Source: Gaiellaceae bacterium
GTDB lineage: Bacteria > Actinomycetota > Thermoleophilia > Gaiellales > Gaiellaceae
Direction of reading: 5' to 3'
DNA: 64,000 bases
Assembly: GCA_035318925.1 (NCBI GenBank)
Contig: DATHDS010000032.1
Span: 5,993 to 69,992 of the forward strand
Shown: in pieces, positions 48,073 to 57,565 of the stretch
Layout of the letters: each line of letters starts with the position of its first letter
Numbering within the stretch: the stretch's first letter is position 1
Notes under the pieces: generated by a model
Databases searched by the model: none
What the model saw: the letters and a program-made list of their open reading frames with translations, nothing else
What the model was told of the DNA's origin: nothing
Program-made: the position numbers and the translations under genes

Positions 48073-49153
48073 GTCCGAGCTCGATTCTAGGCTCCTTGTC
48101 GTGGAATCGATCTCACTTGCGCGGGGTGTTCCGGCCCCGGAATGCCTGCCCGTGGCGGAGCTCGCCGACTGTGCGCGTGAGGCGATCGAGAACGACGGGA
48201 CGACGGTGCTCAGCTATGGGCCGGCCGGTGGGTATGCGCCGCTGCGCGAGTGGATCGCCGACCGCCACGGGATCGAGCCTGGGCAGGTCGTCGTCACGAA
48301 CGGCTCGCTTCAGGGCTTCCAGTTTCTGGCCGAGCTCCTGGCGCCGACAGGGCCGGTGCTCGTCGAGGCTCCCACCTACGACCGTCCTCTGAAGATCCTC
48401 GCGGCCGTGGAGGCGGAAGTCATTCCGATCCCGCTGGACGATGACGGAACGGTCGGCTCGCCGGCGTTCTTCTACACGATCCCGACCTTTCAGAACCCGA
48501 CGGGCCGCACGCTCCCCTTGAGCCGCCGGGAGGCGCTTGCGGGGCTTGCGAAGGCGGGCATGCTCGTACTCGAGGACGACCCCTACGGCCTGGTGCGCTT
48601 CGAGGGCGAGGCGCTGCCGACCGTGTTCGAGCTCGCGGGCGGCGAGAACGTCGTCTACAGCTCCTCGTTCTCGAAGACGATCGCGCCCGGGCTGCGGGTG
48701 GGCTACCTCGTCCTGCCGGATGCGCTCGCCGTCGAGGTCGAAGCCATCGCTGCTGCTGCCTACATCACGCCGGCGCTGCTTTCACAGGCCACGGTGTACG
48801 AGTTCCTACGCCGCGGCAACCTCGAGCCGAACCTGGAGCGTGTCTCCGGCCTGCTGCAGGCCCGCCGCGACGCGATGGTCGCGGCGCTCGAGCGGCACCT
48901 TCCTGAGGCCTCCTGGGCCGTCCCGGAGGGTGGCTACTTCCTGTGGCTGGAGCTTCCTCCGGGCATCATGACGGCCGACCTACTGGCGGAAGGCGTCACG
49001 TTCGTGCCGGGAGTGGACTTCTTCGCCGGGGCCGGCGGAGAGAACGCGCTCCGCCTCGCCTTCAGCTACGTCTCGCCGGCTGAGATCGAAGAGGGCACGC
49101 GGCGGCTCGCGTCAGCCGTCCGTGCCGCGATGCTTCTCCGCTCCGCCGCCTGA
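48071..49153 (+). CDS. class I/II PLP-dependent aminotransferase (MocR/2-aminoadipate transaminase-like, no HTH)
   Basis: SYGPAGGYAPLREWIA, VVTNGSLQGF and SSFSKTIAPGLRVGY (PLP lysine). The ATG at 48071 was chosen as the start. Confidence 0.85.
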   Translation: MSELDSRLLVVESISLARGVPAPECLPVAELADCAREAIENDGTTVLSYGPAGGYAPLREWIADRHGIEPGQVVVTNGSLQGFQFLAELLAPTGPVLVEAPTYDRPLKILAAVEAEVIPIPLDDDGTVGSPAFFYTIPTFQNPTGRTLPLSRREALAGLAKAGMLVLEDDPYGLVRFEGEALPTVFELAGGENVVYSSSFSKTIAPGLRVGYLVLPDALAVEVEAIAAAAYITPALLSQATVYEFLRRGNLEPNLERVSGLLQARRDAMVAALERHLPEASWAVPEGGYFLWLELPPGIMTADLLAEGVTFVPGVDFFAGAGGENALRLAFSYVSPAEIEEGTRRLASAVRAAMLLRSAA

Positions 49154-49405
49154 TCGTCCCCGCCGCCGGTACAGCTGCGAGAGCAGGATGCCGCCGAGGA
49201 AGCCGATCGCCAGCAGCAGGATGATCAGCCAGATCAGAGACGTGCGCGCGGAGAAAACGACGAAGTCGATCGTGACCTTGTCGCTGTTCTTGATGATGAA
49301 CGCGATCAGCCAGGCGACGATGAGAACGAGCCCGATCAGGATCGCGTAGAGCCGAGGCTGCCAATCCTCGATCGGCCCCTCGGGCCGCCGGCGAAAGAGA
49401 CGCAT
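49112..49405 (-). CDS. LapA/DUF1049-like small membrane protein
   Basis: Two TM segments flank NSDKVTIDFVVFSARTS, the typical LapA_dom pattern. 97 aa. Confidence 0.65.
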   Translation of the reverse strand: MRLFRRRPEGPIEDWQPRLYAILIGLVLIVAWLIAFIIKNSDKVTIDFVVFSARTSLIWLIILLLAIGFLGGILLSQLYRRRGRSGGGAEKHRGTDG

Positions 49406-49447
49406 TGCCGGTGAGTCTAGGGGTTCCCCCGTGAGAGCGAGCGTCAG

Positions 49448-49609
49448 CTACGCGGATACGAAGCGGGGTATGAGGCGGGCCTGATGCGGGGGAGAGAGAG
49501 TGCCTCGCCCGGCCGGACGATAGGTCGGACAAGGAGACTCGGGGAGGGCACACAGGCCCGCCTGCCTGAAGTAGCAAAGTTGGCAGCTAGCTCTATTTTT
49601 TTTGCTCAT
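49448..49609 (-). CDS. possible 53-aa Cys-containing protein
   Basis: MSKKNRASCQLCYFRQAGLCALPESPCPTYRPAGRG... It lies downstream of an AT-rich stretch with a sigma-70-like TTCGCA-17-TATGAT. There is no clear SD. Confidence 0.3.
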   Translation of the reverse strand: MSKKNRASCQLCYFRQAGLCALPESPCPTYRPAGRGTLSPPHQARLIPRFVSA

Positions 49610-49736
49610 TTTGCTGTTTACTTCGGCTGAGGCGACTCCTGACAACCGATCGATCATAGGGGCACCCTGCCTCGTTGCGAAAGTTGCCAGCAAGGAAAAC
49701 TGAGCAATTTCCGGCAGGAACGAATCTACCGAAACA

Positions 49737-50768
49737 TTATTTTTTCGACTGCTTGGGAGGAAGTGTTGCCAACGCGCGCAACGCCTGTCGAAAACTATGC
49801 ACAGGGATGACGCGCATGCCGCCTGCGTAGCGCCGTGCCTCGGCCGTGTTTTCCCCAGCCGGGACGAGGAAGACGTCCACCCCGGCCCGCCTGGCGCCGA
49901 TCGTCTTCTGTTTCAGGCCCCCGACGGGTAAGACGGTGCCGTCCGCGCAGATCTCGCCCGACGCCGCCACCTTGTGACCGCGGTCGATGTCGTTGCCGAG
50001 CTCCTGGACGACGTCGAGCGCGAAGGCTAGGCCGGCAGAGGGGCCGCCCACCTGGCCGAGGTTGATGTGCACTGCAATCGGCAGGTCGATCTTCGTGAAC
50101 CTCTGAGAGGCGCAGCTCGATCCGATCCCGATCAGCGGCCGGGCCGGATTCTGTGGATCCGGGATGGTCTTGACCTTGACCCGGAGGATCTTCAGCCCGC
50201 GGCGAACGGTCAGCTCGACCTCCTCGCCCGGCCGGCGGGTGCCGATCGCCTGGCGCAGTTCGGCCACCGAGGGGGTCCGCCGACCGTCCGCGGCGACGAT
50301 GACGTCCTGCGCGCGGAGTTTTTGGGCCGCGGGGGCCTGTGGGTCGACGGCTTCGATCACCGTGCCCCGCGACTCGAGCTTGACCGGGTAGCCGAGTGCT
50401 TTGAGCGCGACCGCCGCGCCGACCTGTTGCGAGAGTGCCATTGCCTGGAACTCCTGGCGCTGGTGCTGCTGCTCGCTCTGGTTGGGGCCCAGGATGGCGG
50501 GAGCCGGCACGAGCGTGGATCCCTCCTCGATGCTGGGAAAGAGCTTCTCGAGAATGCTGGCCTTCTTGATCTCGACCGCGACGTAGTAGATGCCGCCGCC
50601 CTTCCGCTCGGGCTTCTCACCCATGACCTTGACGAACGGCGCGAGGGGCCTGGCGCGGTCGGGCAGGAGGATGTACTCGTCGGAGGGGACGAGATAGAGG
50701 AACGCCGCGACGGCGAACAGGACGAGGCCCGCGACGAAGAGGCGGACAGGCGTAAAGATGCGGGTCAC
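49737..50768 (-). CDS. YlbL/SdrC-like PDZ-domain Lon-type (S16) serine protease
   Basis: N-terminal TM segment, a PDZ region (VIVAADGRRTPSVAELRQAI), and a Lon protease domain (GPSAGLAFALDV..GGLKQKTIGA). Confidence 0.85.
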   Translation of the reverse strand: MTRIFTPVRLFVAGLVLFAVAAFLYLVPSDEYILLPDRARPLAPFVKVMGEKPERKGGGIYYVAVEIKKASILEKLFPSIEEGSTLVPAPAILGPNQSEQQHQRQEFQAMALSQQVGAAVALKALGYPVKLESRGTVIEAVDPQAPAAQKLRAQDVIVAADGRRTPSVAELRQAIGTRRPGEEVELTVRRGLKILRVKVKTIPDPQNPARPLIGIGSSCASQRFTKIDLPIAVHINLGQVGGPSAGLAFALDVVQELGNDIDRGHKVAASGEICADGTVLPVGGLKQKTIGARRAGVDVFLVPAGENTAEARRYAGGMRVIPVHSFRQALRALATLPPKQSKK

Positions 50769-50805
50769 TGACTCAGGATACGGCGATGAGGCGCGGACGG
50801 TTCGT

Positions 50806-51549
50806 TTAGAGGAGCCCGTGTGTGAGGCCGCCGTCGACCGGGATCACGGCTCCCGTGACGTACGACGCCCGGTCCGAGGAGAGGAAGCAGACGACGTCGC
50901 CGACCTCGCTCGGGCGCCCGAAGCGGCGGAGCGGGATCGTCGCGAGGTCGTCGGCGCGGGAGCGGTTGACGTAGACCTCGGCGAGCCGCGCCGTTTCGAT
51001 CCGTCCCGGGGCGATCGAGTTGACCGTCACGCCGTCCGGGCCGACCTCGCGGGCGAGGGTCTTCGCCCAGCCGATCACTCCGGGACGCACGGAGTTGGAG
51101 AGCGCGAGGTTGTCGATCGGCTCCCGCACCGAGCTCGACGTGATGTTCACGATGCGGCCGTGACCGCTGCGGCGAAGTTGCGGCAGGCAGAGATTGGTCA
51201 GGCGGATCGCCGAGAGCAGGAGGAGTTCGACCGCGCTCTCGACGGCCTCGTCGGTGAGCTCGAGGGCGGCGCTGCGCGGCGGCCCACCTCCGTTGTTGAC
51301 CAGGATGTCGATCCCGCCGAAGGCTTCGACGGTCTTCTCGACGAGTCGAGCGAGGTCCTGTGGGTTCGTCAGGTCGCCACGGACCGGCAGTCCGCCGAGC
51401 CGCTCGGCCTCGCGGCTGAGCTCGTCGCGCCGCCGCGCGAACATCGCGACGTTGGCGCCCTCAGCGGCAAGAGCCTCCGCGATCGCGAGCCCCATGCCGG
51501 AGGACGCGCCACAGACGATCGCGGTTCTTCCGCTGAGGCCGAGGTCCAT
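50806..51549 (-). CDS. short-chain dehydrogenase/reductase (FabG-like)
   Basis: TAIVCGASSGMGLA, NNGG and the remaining classical SDR pattern. Confidence 0.9.
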   Translation of the reverse strand: MDLGLSGRTAIVCGASSGMGLAIAEALAAEGANVAMFARRRDELSREAERLGGLPVRGDLTNPQDLARLVEKTVEAFGGIDILVNNGGGPPRSAALELTDEAVESAVELLLLSAIRLTNLCLPQLRRSGHGRIVNITSSSVREPIDNLALSNSVRPGVIGWAKTLAREVGPDGVTVNSIAPGRIETARLAEVYVNRSRADDLATIPLRRFGRPSEVGDVVCFLSSDRASYVTGAVIPVDGGLTHGLL

Positions 51550-51586
51550 GCTCAGGAGGCCGCCCGCGGTTGTTTAGGCACAGCCA

Positions 51587-51628
51587 ACCTCCTCCCCGAT
51601 TCGATCGTAGTCAGGAAAGGCGCACACG
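51587..51628. repeat. 42-nt motif, copy b (ACCTCCTCCCCGATTCGATCGTAGTCAGGAAAGGCGCACACG)
   Basis: It lies in the mdh-SDR spacer. On the coding (minus) strand it supplies GGGGAGGAGG followed by a 9-11 codon mini-ORF that ends 2 nt before the SDR ATG. Confidence 0.8.
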
Positions 51629-51671
51629 TCAGTGACGGGATCGTGCCGGATCTGTGTCAGCCGCACGGCGC

Positions 51672-52597
51672 CTACGCGCTGAGGACGGCGACGACCTCAC
51701 GGACGGCCTCCGCCGACGCGGCCAGGGCTGCGCGCTCGTCATCGGTCAGGTCGAGCTCGACGATTGCCTCGATCCCGCCGGCGCCCAGCTTCACCGGGAC
51801 GCCCATATAGAGGCCGTCGATCCCGTACTCACCCTCGAGGTACGCCGTGCACGGCAGGACGCGCTTCTCGTCGAGCATGATCGCGTCGACCATCTGAGCC
51901 GCGGCGGCGCCGGGTGCGTACCAGGCCGAGGTGCCCAGGAGCTTCACGAGCTCACCGCCGCCTTTGGCGGTGCGCTCGACGAGCTCGGCGATCCGCTCGT
52001 CGGAGACGAGCTTGCGCAGCGGAACGCCGCCGACGGTCGTCGCCGAGACGACCGACACCATCTGGTCGCCGTGCCCGCCCAGAACCATCGCGGAGACGTC
52101 CTTCACCGACGCGCCGGTCTCCGAGGCGATGAACGTCGAGAACCGCGCTGTGTCGAGGATGCCGGCCATCCCGAAGACCCGCTCCTTGGGCCAGCCCGAG
52201 GCGCTCTTGGCGACGTGGCACATCGCGTCGAGGGGATTCGAGACGACGATCAGGATCGCGTCCGGCGAGTTCTTGACTACCTCGCCGGTCACCGAGCCGA
52301 CGATCTTCTCGTTCGTCGCCACGAGGTCGTCGCGGCTCATGTCGCCGGTACGGGGGACGCCCGCCGTGACCACGACGACGTTGGAGCCTGCGCTCACGTC
52401 GTAACCGGTCGAGCCCTTCGCGTACGGCTCGTAGCCGAGCACGGCGCCCGCCTGGTTGGTGTCCAGCGCCTTTCCCTCGGCGAGCCCTTCCTTGATGTCG
52501 ACCAGGACCACGTCGGCGTAGTCGCGCCGCGACAGCTCCTGCGCGCAGGTCGCGCCGACCGCTCCCGCCCCCACGACCGTCACCTTTCTCCGCTCGC

Positions 52598-52601
<4 letters not shown>
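51672..52601 (-). CDS. mdh: malate dehydrogenase (LDH-like type)
   Basis: The GTG at 52601 overlaps the icd stop (GTGA). Motifs are [20 protein letters not shown] and GGHGDQMV. Confidence 0.95.
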
Positions 52602-53686
<1,085 letters not shown>

Positions 53687-53720
53687 CTGGCGGCGACTCT
53701 ACCTATAGGTTTCCGGGCAG

Positions 53721-54800
53721 ATGAACGACTTCAAACCGGGGCTCGAGGGCGTTGTCGCCTTCCGGACCGAGATCATGGAGCCCGACCGAGAGGGCGGGCT
53801 GCTCCGCTATCGCGGGGTCGATGTCGAGCCGCTTGTCGGCCAGTACCCCTACGAAAAGGTGTGGGGCCTGCTCGTCGACGAAAGCCTTGAGCCAGGCATG
53901 CCCGATCCCGAGCCCCACGATCCGGCCGCGTTGACCGGCAACGCCCCCTCCGACCTTCAGGCCGAGACAGCGCGGCTCTCCAGCGCCTGGGGTCTGCAGA
54001 AACTCGTCGACATCGACGACGAACAGGCGCGCGACGACCTCGGCCGCCTTTCGGCGGAGATGATGTCGATCGTCGCCAAGTCGGCAGCCGTCCACGACGG
54101 GCGGGAGCCTGCTCCGGACGACGTCATCGCCCAGGGCGAGACCGCGGCAGAGAAGTTCCTGCTGCGTTGGCGGGGCGAGGCCGACCCGAAGCACGTGAAG
54201 GCAATTGACACCTACTGGATCTGCACGGCCGAGCACGGGATGAATGCCTCGACGTTCACGGCGCGGGTCACCGCTTCGACGGGCGCCGACTGCGCGGCAG
54301 CGATGTCGGCAGCCGTGGGCGCGCTCAGCGGGCCGCTCCATGGGGGAGCGCCGGCGCGAGTCCTTCCAATGCTCGACGAGGTGGCTAAGACCGGCGATCC
54401 GGCTGGCTACGTGAAGGACCTCCTCGACAAGCACGGGCGGATCATGGGCTTCGGGCATCGCGTCTACCGGGCCGAGGATCCGCGGTCGCGCATCCTCAAG
54501 CGAACCGCGAAGGAGCTTGGATCGCCGCGCATGGAGGTCGCCGAGGCGCTCGAGGAGGCGGCGCTTGCCGAGCTGGTCAAGAGAAAGCCTGACTACGTGA
54601 TTGCCACGAATGTCGAGTACTACTCGGCAGTCGTGCTCGACCTGGCGGAGGTCCCGCCGGACCTGACGCCAGCGATGTTCGCTTGCGCCCGGGTTGCCGG
54701 CTGGTCAGCGCACATCCTCGAGGAGAAGCGCACGGGACGGCTGATCCGCCCATCCGCCGAGTACATCGGGCCGAGCTCCCGGTCGCTGTCCGCTGTCTGA
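53721..54800 (+). CDS. citrate synthase (small type)
   Basis: GLEGVVAF.T.I, HGMNASTF, GPLHGGA and GFGHRVYR motifs. Confidence 0.9.
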   Translation: MNDFKPGLEGVVAFRTEIMEPDREGGLLRYRGVDVEPLVGQYPYEKVWGLLVDESLEPGMPDPEPHDPAALTGNAPSDLQAETARLSSAWGLQKLVDIDDEQARDDLGRLSAEMMSIVAKSAAVHDGREPAPDDVIAQGETAAEKFLLRWRGEADPKHVKAIDTYWICTAEHGMNASTFTARVTASTGADCAAAMSAAVGALSGPLHGGAPARVLPMLDEVAKTGDPAGYVKDLLDKHGRIMGFGHRVYRAEDPRSRILKRTAKELGSPRMEVAEALEEAALAELVKRKPDYVIATNVEYYSAVVLDLAEVPPDLTPAMFACARVAGWSAHILEEKRTGRLIRPSAEYIGPSSRSLSAV

Positions 54801-54801
54801 G

Positions 54802-55296
54802 CTGGCGTCAGCCGCTGCCGAAGCGGCCGCCCTGGCCGAGCGTGGCGAGGAACAGGAGCTCGCCGGGCTCCGAACGCGCTGGCAGGACGAGGTCGAAGGT
54901 CTGGCTCGGTCGTCCGACTACCGTGAGCGGGCGGTCGCTTATCGCGCGATCGGCCAGTTCCGCTACCGCCAGAAGGCTGAGCTCTTGCGCCGGGGCCTCG
55001 AGGACGAGAGCCCAGCCTGTCGCGGCTCCGCGCTCATCTCGCTCGAGCTCCTCTCCCGGGACCATCCGGGCCTCGTCAACGACGTTCGCCCCCGGCTGCA
55101 CGAGCTCGCAAGCCACGACGAAAATCAGGCGGTTCGCCGCCTGGCGATCCTGTGCCTCGACAACGGTTCTCCTCAGCGCGAGACGATCCTGATTCTCAAC
55201 ACGCTCGCCGATGACGACGAGCAGGACACTGAGCTCAGGGCTGCGGCCAGGAAGATCGCCGAGACGCTGCGGAAGAAGGGCGCGGCGCGCCGGTAA
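54802..55296 (+). CDS. HEAT-repeat protein; start codon unresolved
   Basis: HEAT-like repeats (RERAVAYRAIGQF; PACRGSALISLELL; NQAVRRLAILCLD). The first canonical start is the TTG at 54985, but protein-like in-frame sequence extends back to about 54802 with no ATG/GTG/TTG. Confidence 0.5.
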   Translation: MASAAAEAAALAERGEEQELAGLRTRWQDEVEGLARSSDYRERAVAYRAIGQFRYRQKAELLRRGLEDESPACRGSALISLELLSRDHPGLVNDVRPRLHELASHDENQAVRRLAILCLDNGSPQRETILILNTLADDDEQDTELRAAARKIAETLRKKGAARR

Positions 55297-55400
55297 TTAG
55301 GAGGCCGAGCGCGAGTTGTTCCGCTCGCTGCTTAGGCGAAATACTTCGCGTCCGTGCGCGTCGCTGACCAACACCGCACCTCAAAGATCGCGAGAAAGGG

Positions 55401-55493
55401 GGGCCGGTTGACGCGACGTTCCTCGGCTCCCGTGCTTTTGGTCGCGGAAAGTGCAAAGCACTTTGCGCGAGTCCCGGGCCCGTGGCCCGGGAT
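55401..55493. repeat. 93-bp direct repeat R1 (partner at 57471-57563)
   Basis: About 88% identical overall and near-perfect from 55417. It contains the palindrome TCGCGGAAAGT-GCAAAGC-ACTTTGCGCGA (55442-55470) and the GC hairpin TCCCGGGCC-CGT-GGCCCGGGA (55472-55492). Confidence 0.9.
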
Positions 55494-55496
55494 CTA

Positions 55497-55652
55497 CTAG
55501 ACGCAGGTGCAGGGAGTGCGGGAGCAGGAAGGGCAGGTGCGCTTCCGCTTCCAGACCAGGAGGTTCTTGCCGACGCCGCTGACCACCATCAGATAGCCCA
55601 CGCCGCTCGTGAGCGCGAACAGGACTGCGAACTGAGGGTCAAGCTGAGCCAT
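55497..55652 (-). CDS. possible 51-aa membrane peptide with Cys-rich tail
   Basis: ATG at 55652 preceded by GAAGAAGGA. Translation: MAQLDPQFAVLFALTSGVGYLMVVSGVGKNLLVWKRKRTCPSCSRTPCTCV. It overlaps the 3' end of the upstream recombinase gene by 14 nt. Confidence 0.35.
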   Translation of the reverse strand: MAQLDPQFAVLFALTSGVGYLMVVSGVGKNLLVWKRKRTCPSCSRTPCTCV

Positions 55653-56586
55653 CCTTCTTCGTCCTTGCCATCGGCGCGGCACCGGAAACCTTGAGCCCGC
55701 GCCGTGCATGCGGGTGAGCGTCGAAGTACGCGTCGCGGCGCCTGCGATCGGTGACGTGCGTGTACAGCTCCGTCGTCGCGAGATCCGCGTGGCCGAGCAT
55801 CTCCTGGACGCTTCTGAGATCCGCGCCTCCCTCGAGCAGGTGGGTCGCAAACGAGTGACGGAGGAGATGAGGATGGACGCGACGCGGGTCGAGCCCCGCC
55901 TTCTCGGCCAGCCGCTTGAGGATGAGGAAGGCGCCCGCGCGGGTCAACGGACCCCCTTGGGCGTTCAGGAAGAGCTCCGGGTGGTGCCGGCGGTCGAGGA
56001 ACGGCCGGCCCCGGGCCAGATAGCGGCGCAGCGCGTCGACGGCGCTCCGGCCGAGCGGTACGACGCGCTCCTTGTCGCCCTTGCCGACCGAGCGTACGAG
56101 CCGCTCGTCGAGGTCGACCCCGGCGCGCTCGAGGCCGACGGCCTCGCTGACGCGGAGCCCGGCGCCGTACAGGAGCTCCACGAGGGCCCGGTCACGGAGA
56201 GCACGAGGTGTCGTCTCCGACGCAGCCTCCATGAGGCGCTCTGCCTCGCCGGCGGAGAGCGTGCGAGGGAGACGGCGGGCTCGACGCGGCAAGGCGATCT
56301 CAGCGGCCGGGTTGTCCATGCGTGTGCCGACGAGAAGCTGGTGCCGATACAGCGACCGCAGCGCGGCCAGCCGGCGGGCGATCGTCGAGGCGGCGAGGCC
56401 AGCCCCGCGCAGCTCGGCGAGGTAGCGCTCTAGCTCCTCGCGCGTCGCGGTCGCCGGAGAGTGCCCGAGCCACTTCGACACGGCGACGAGATCGCGCCGG
56501 TAGGCCTCCAGCGTGCGGGGCGCGAGCCGCGCCGCCGCCACGGCCAGGAAACCGTCGACTTCAGGAACGGGGATGGCTTCGGTCAT
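55639..56586 (-). CDS. XerC/XerD-family tyrosine recombinase (XerD-like)
   Basis: SAM-like N-terminal domain, a catalytic set (R in GLRVSEA, HLLRHSFATHLL, LGHADLATTELYTHV), and 315 aa. Confidence 0.85.
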   Translation of the reverse strand: MTEAIPVPEVDGFLAVAAARLAPRTLEAYRRDLVAVSKWLGHSPATATREELERYLAELRGAGLAASTIARRLAALRSLYRHQLLVGTRMDNPAAEIALPRRARRLPRTLSAGEAERLMEAASETTPRALRDRALVELLYGAGLRVSEAVGLERAGVDLDERLVRSVGKGDKERVVPLGRSAVDALRRYLARGRPFLDRRHHPELFLNAQGGPLTRAGAFLILKRLAEKAGLDPRRVHPHLLRHSFATHLLEGGADLRSVQEMLGHADLATTELYTHVTDRRRRDAYFDAHPHARRGLKVSGAAPMARTKKDGSA

Positions 56587-57466
56587 AAACCTTGCGCAGG
56601 CGCCGCCCGTCGACGTGGCTGTACACCTGGGTCGTCGAGAGGGAGCTGTGCCCGAGCAGCTCCTGGATCACTCGCAGGTCCGCGCCGCCCTCGAGCAGGT
56701 GGGTCGCGAACGCATGGCGGAGGCGGTGCGGGTGGGGAAGAAGGCGCCTGAGCGTGCTCGTGTCGAGCCGCCTGCCGCGCGCGGAGAGGAAGAGCGCGTC
56801 CTCGGCGCCGCGGGCCAGCTGCGGCCTCGCGTCCTCCAGATAGAGCCGCACTCGGTACGCCGCCTCTTCGCCGAGCGGGACGACCCGCTCCTTGTCGCCC
56901 TTGCCCCGCACACGAACCGCCTCCTGCTCGAAGTCGACGTCTCCGAGGTCGAGGTCGACCGCCTCCTGGCTGCGCAGGCCGGCCGAGTAGACGAGCTCGA
57001 GCAGCGCGCGGTTGCGCAGGGCGAGCGGCTCGTCGCCGCTCAGCTGCTCGAGAACGGCGTCGACCTCCTCGGGCTTCATGGTCGCCGGGAGCCGCCGGGC
57101 GCGCCGAGGCCCGACCTGGCTGTCGGGGACTCGTCCCGGGCCGAGGTCGGAGCGGAGCAGCCCCCGCACGGCCGCCAGCTTCCGCGCGATGGTGGCGCGC
57201 GTGAGCTTCCGGGGCTGCCGTCCCGGGCGCGCGGAGGCGAGCTCGGCGGCGTACGCGGCCAGCAGCGCTGCGTCCACGTCCTCGATCCGCGCATCCCGGC
57301 TGCGGAGCCAGGAAGCGAATTCCTCGACGTCGACGCGGTAGGCCCGGCGGGTAGCCCCCGAGAGCGCAGGGCTCGTCAGGAACCGTTCAATCGCAGCACG
57401 GTCGGACACTCTGAGGAGTTCGCGCCACAGGCCGCTTCGCCTGCCCAACAAGATCGAACGTGGCAT
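56561..57466 (-). CDS. XerC/XerD-family tyrosine recombinase (XerC-like)
   Basis: GLRSQEA, HRLRHAFATHLL and LGHSSLSTTQVYSHV motifs; 301 aa. It overlaps the downstream recombinase gene by 26 nt. Confidence 0.85.
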   Translation of the reverse strand: MPRSILLGRRSGLWRELLRVSDRAAIERFLTSPALSGATRRAYRVDVEEFASWLRSRDARIEDVDAALLAAYAAELASARPGRQPRKLTRATIARKLAAVRGLLRSDLGPGRVPDSQVGPRRARRLPATMKPEEVDAVLEQLSGDEPLALRNRALLELVYSAGLRSQEAVDLDLGDVDFEQEAVRVRGKGDKERVVPLGEEAAYRVRLYLEDARPQLARGAEDALFLSARGRRLDTSTLRRLLPHPHRLRHAFATHLLEGGADLRVIQELLGHSSLSTTQVYSHVDGRRLRKVYDRSHPRS

Positions 57467-57470
57467 GGGT

Positions 57471-57563
57471 GGGCCGGTCGAGGTGTCGTTCCTCGGCTCC
57501 TGTGCTTTTGGTCGCGGAAAGTGCGAAGCACTTTGCGCGAGTCCCGGGCCCGTGGCCCGGGAC
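57471..57563. repeat. 93-bp direct repeat R2 (partner at 55401-55493)
   Basis: Offset exactly 2070 bp from R1. Palindrome at 57512-57540 (central GCGAAGC) and GC hairpin at 57541-57563. It starts 2 nt after the pckA stop and ends 5 nt before the XerC-like ATG. Confidence 0.9.
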
Positions 57564-57565
57564 CT

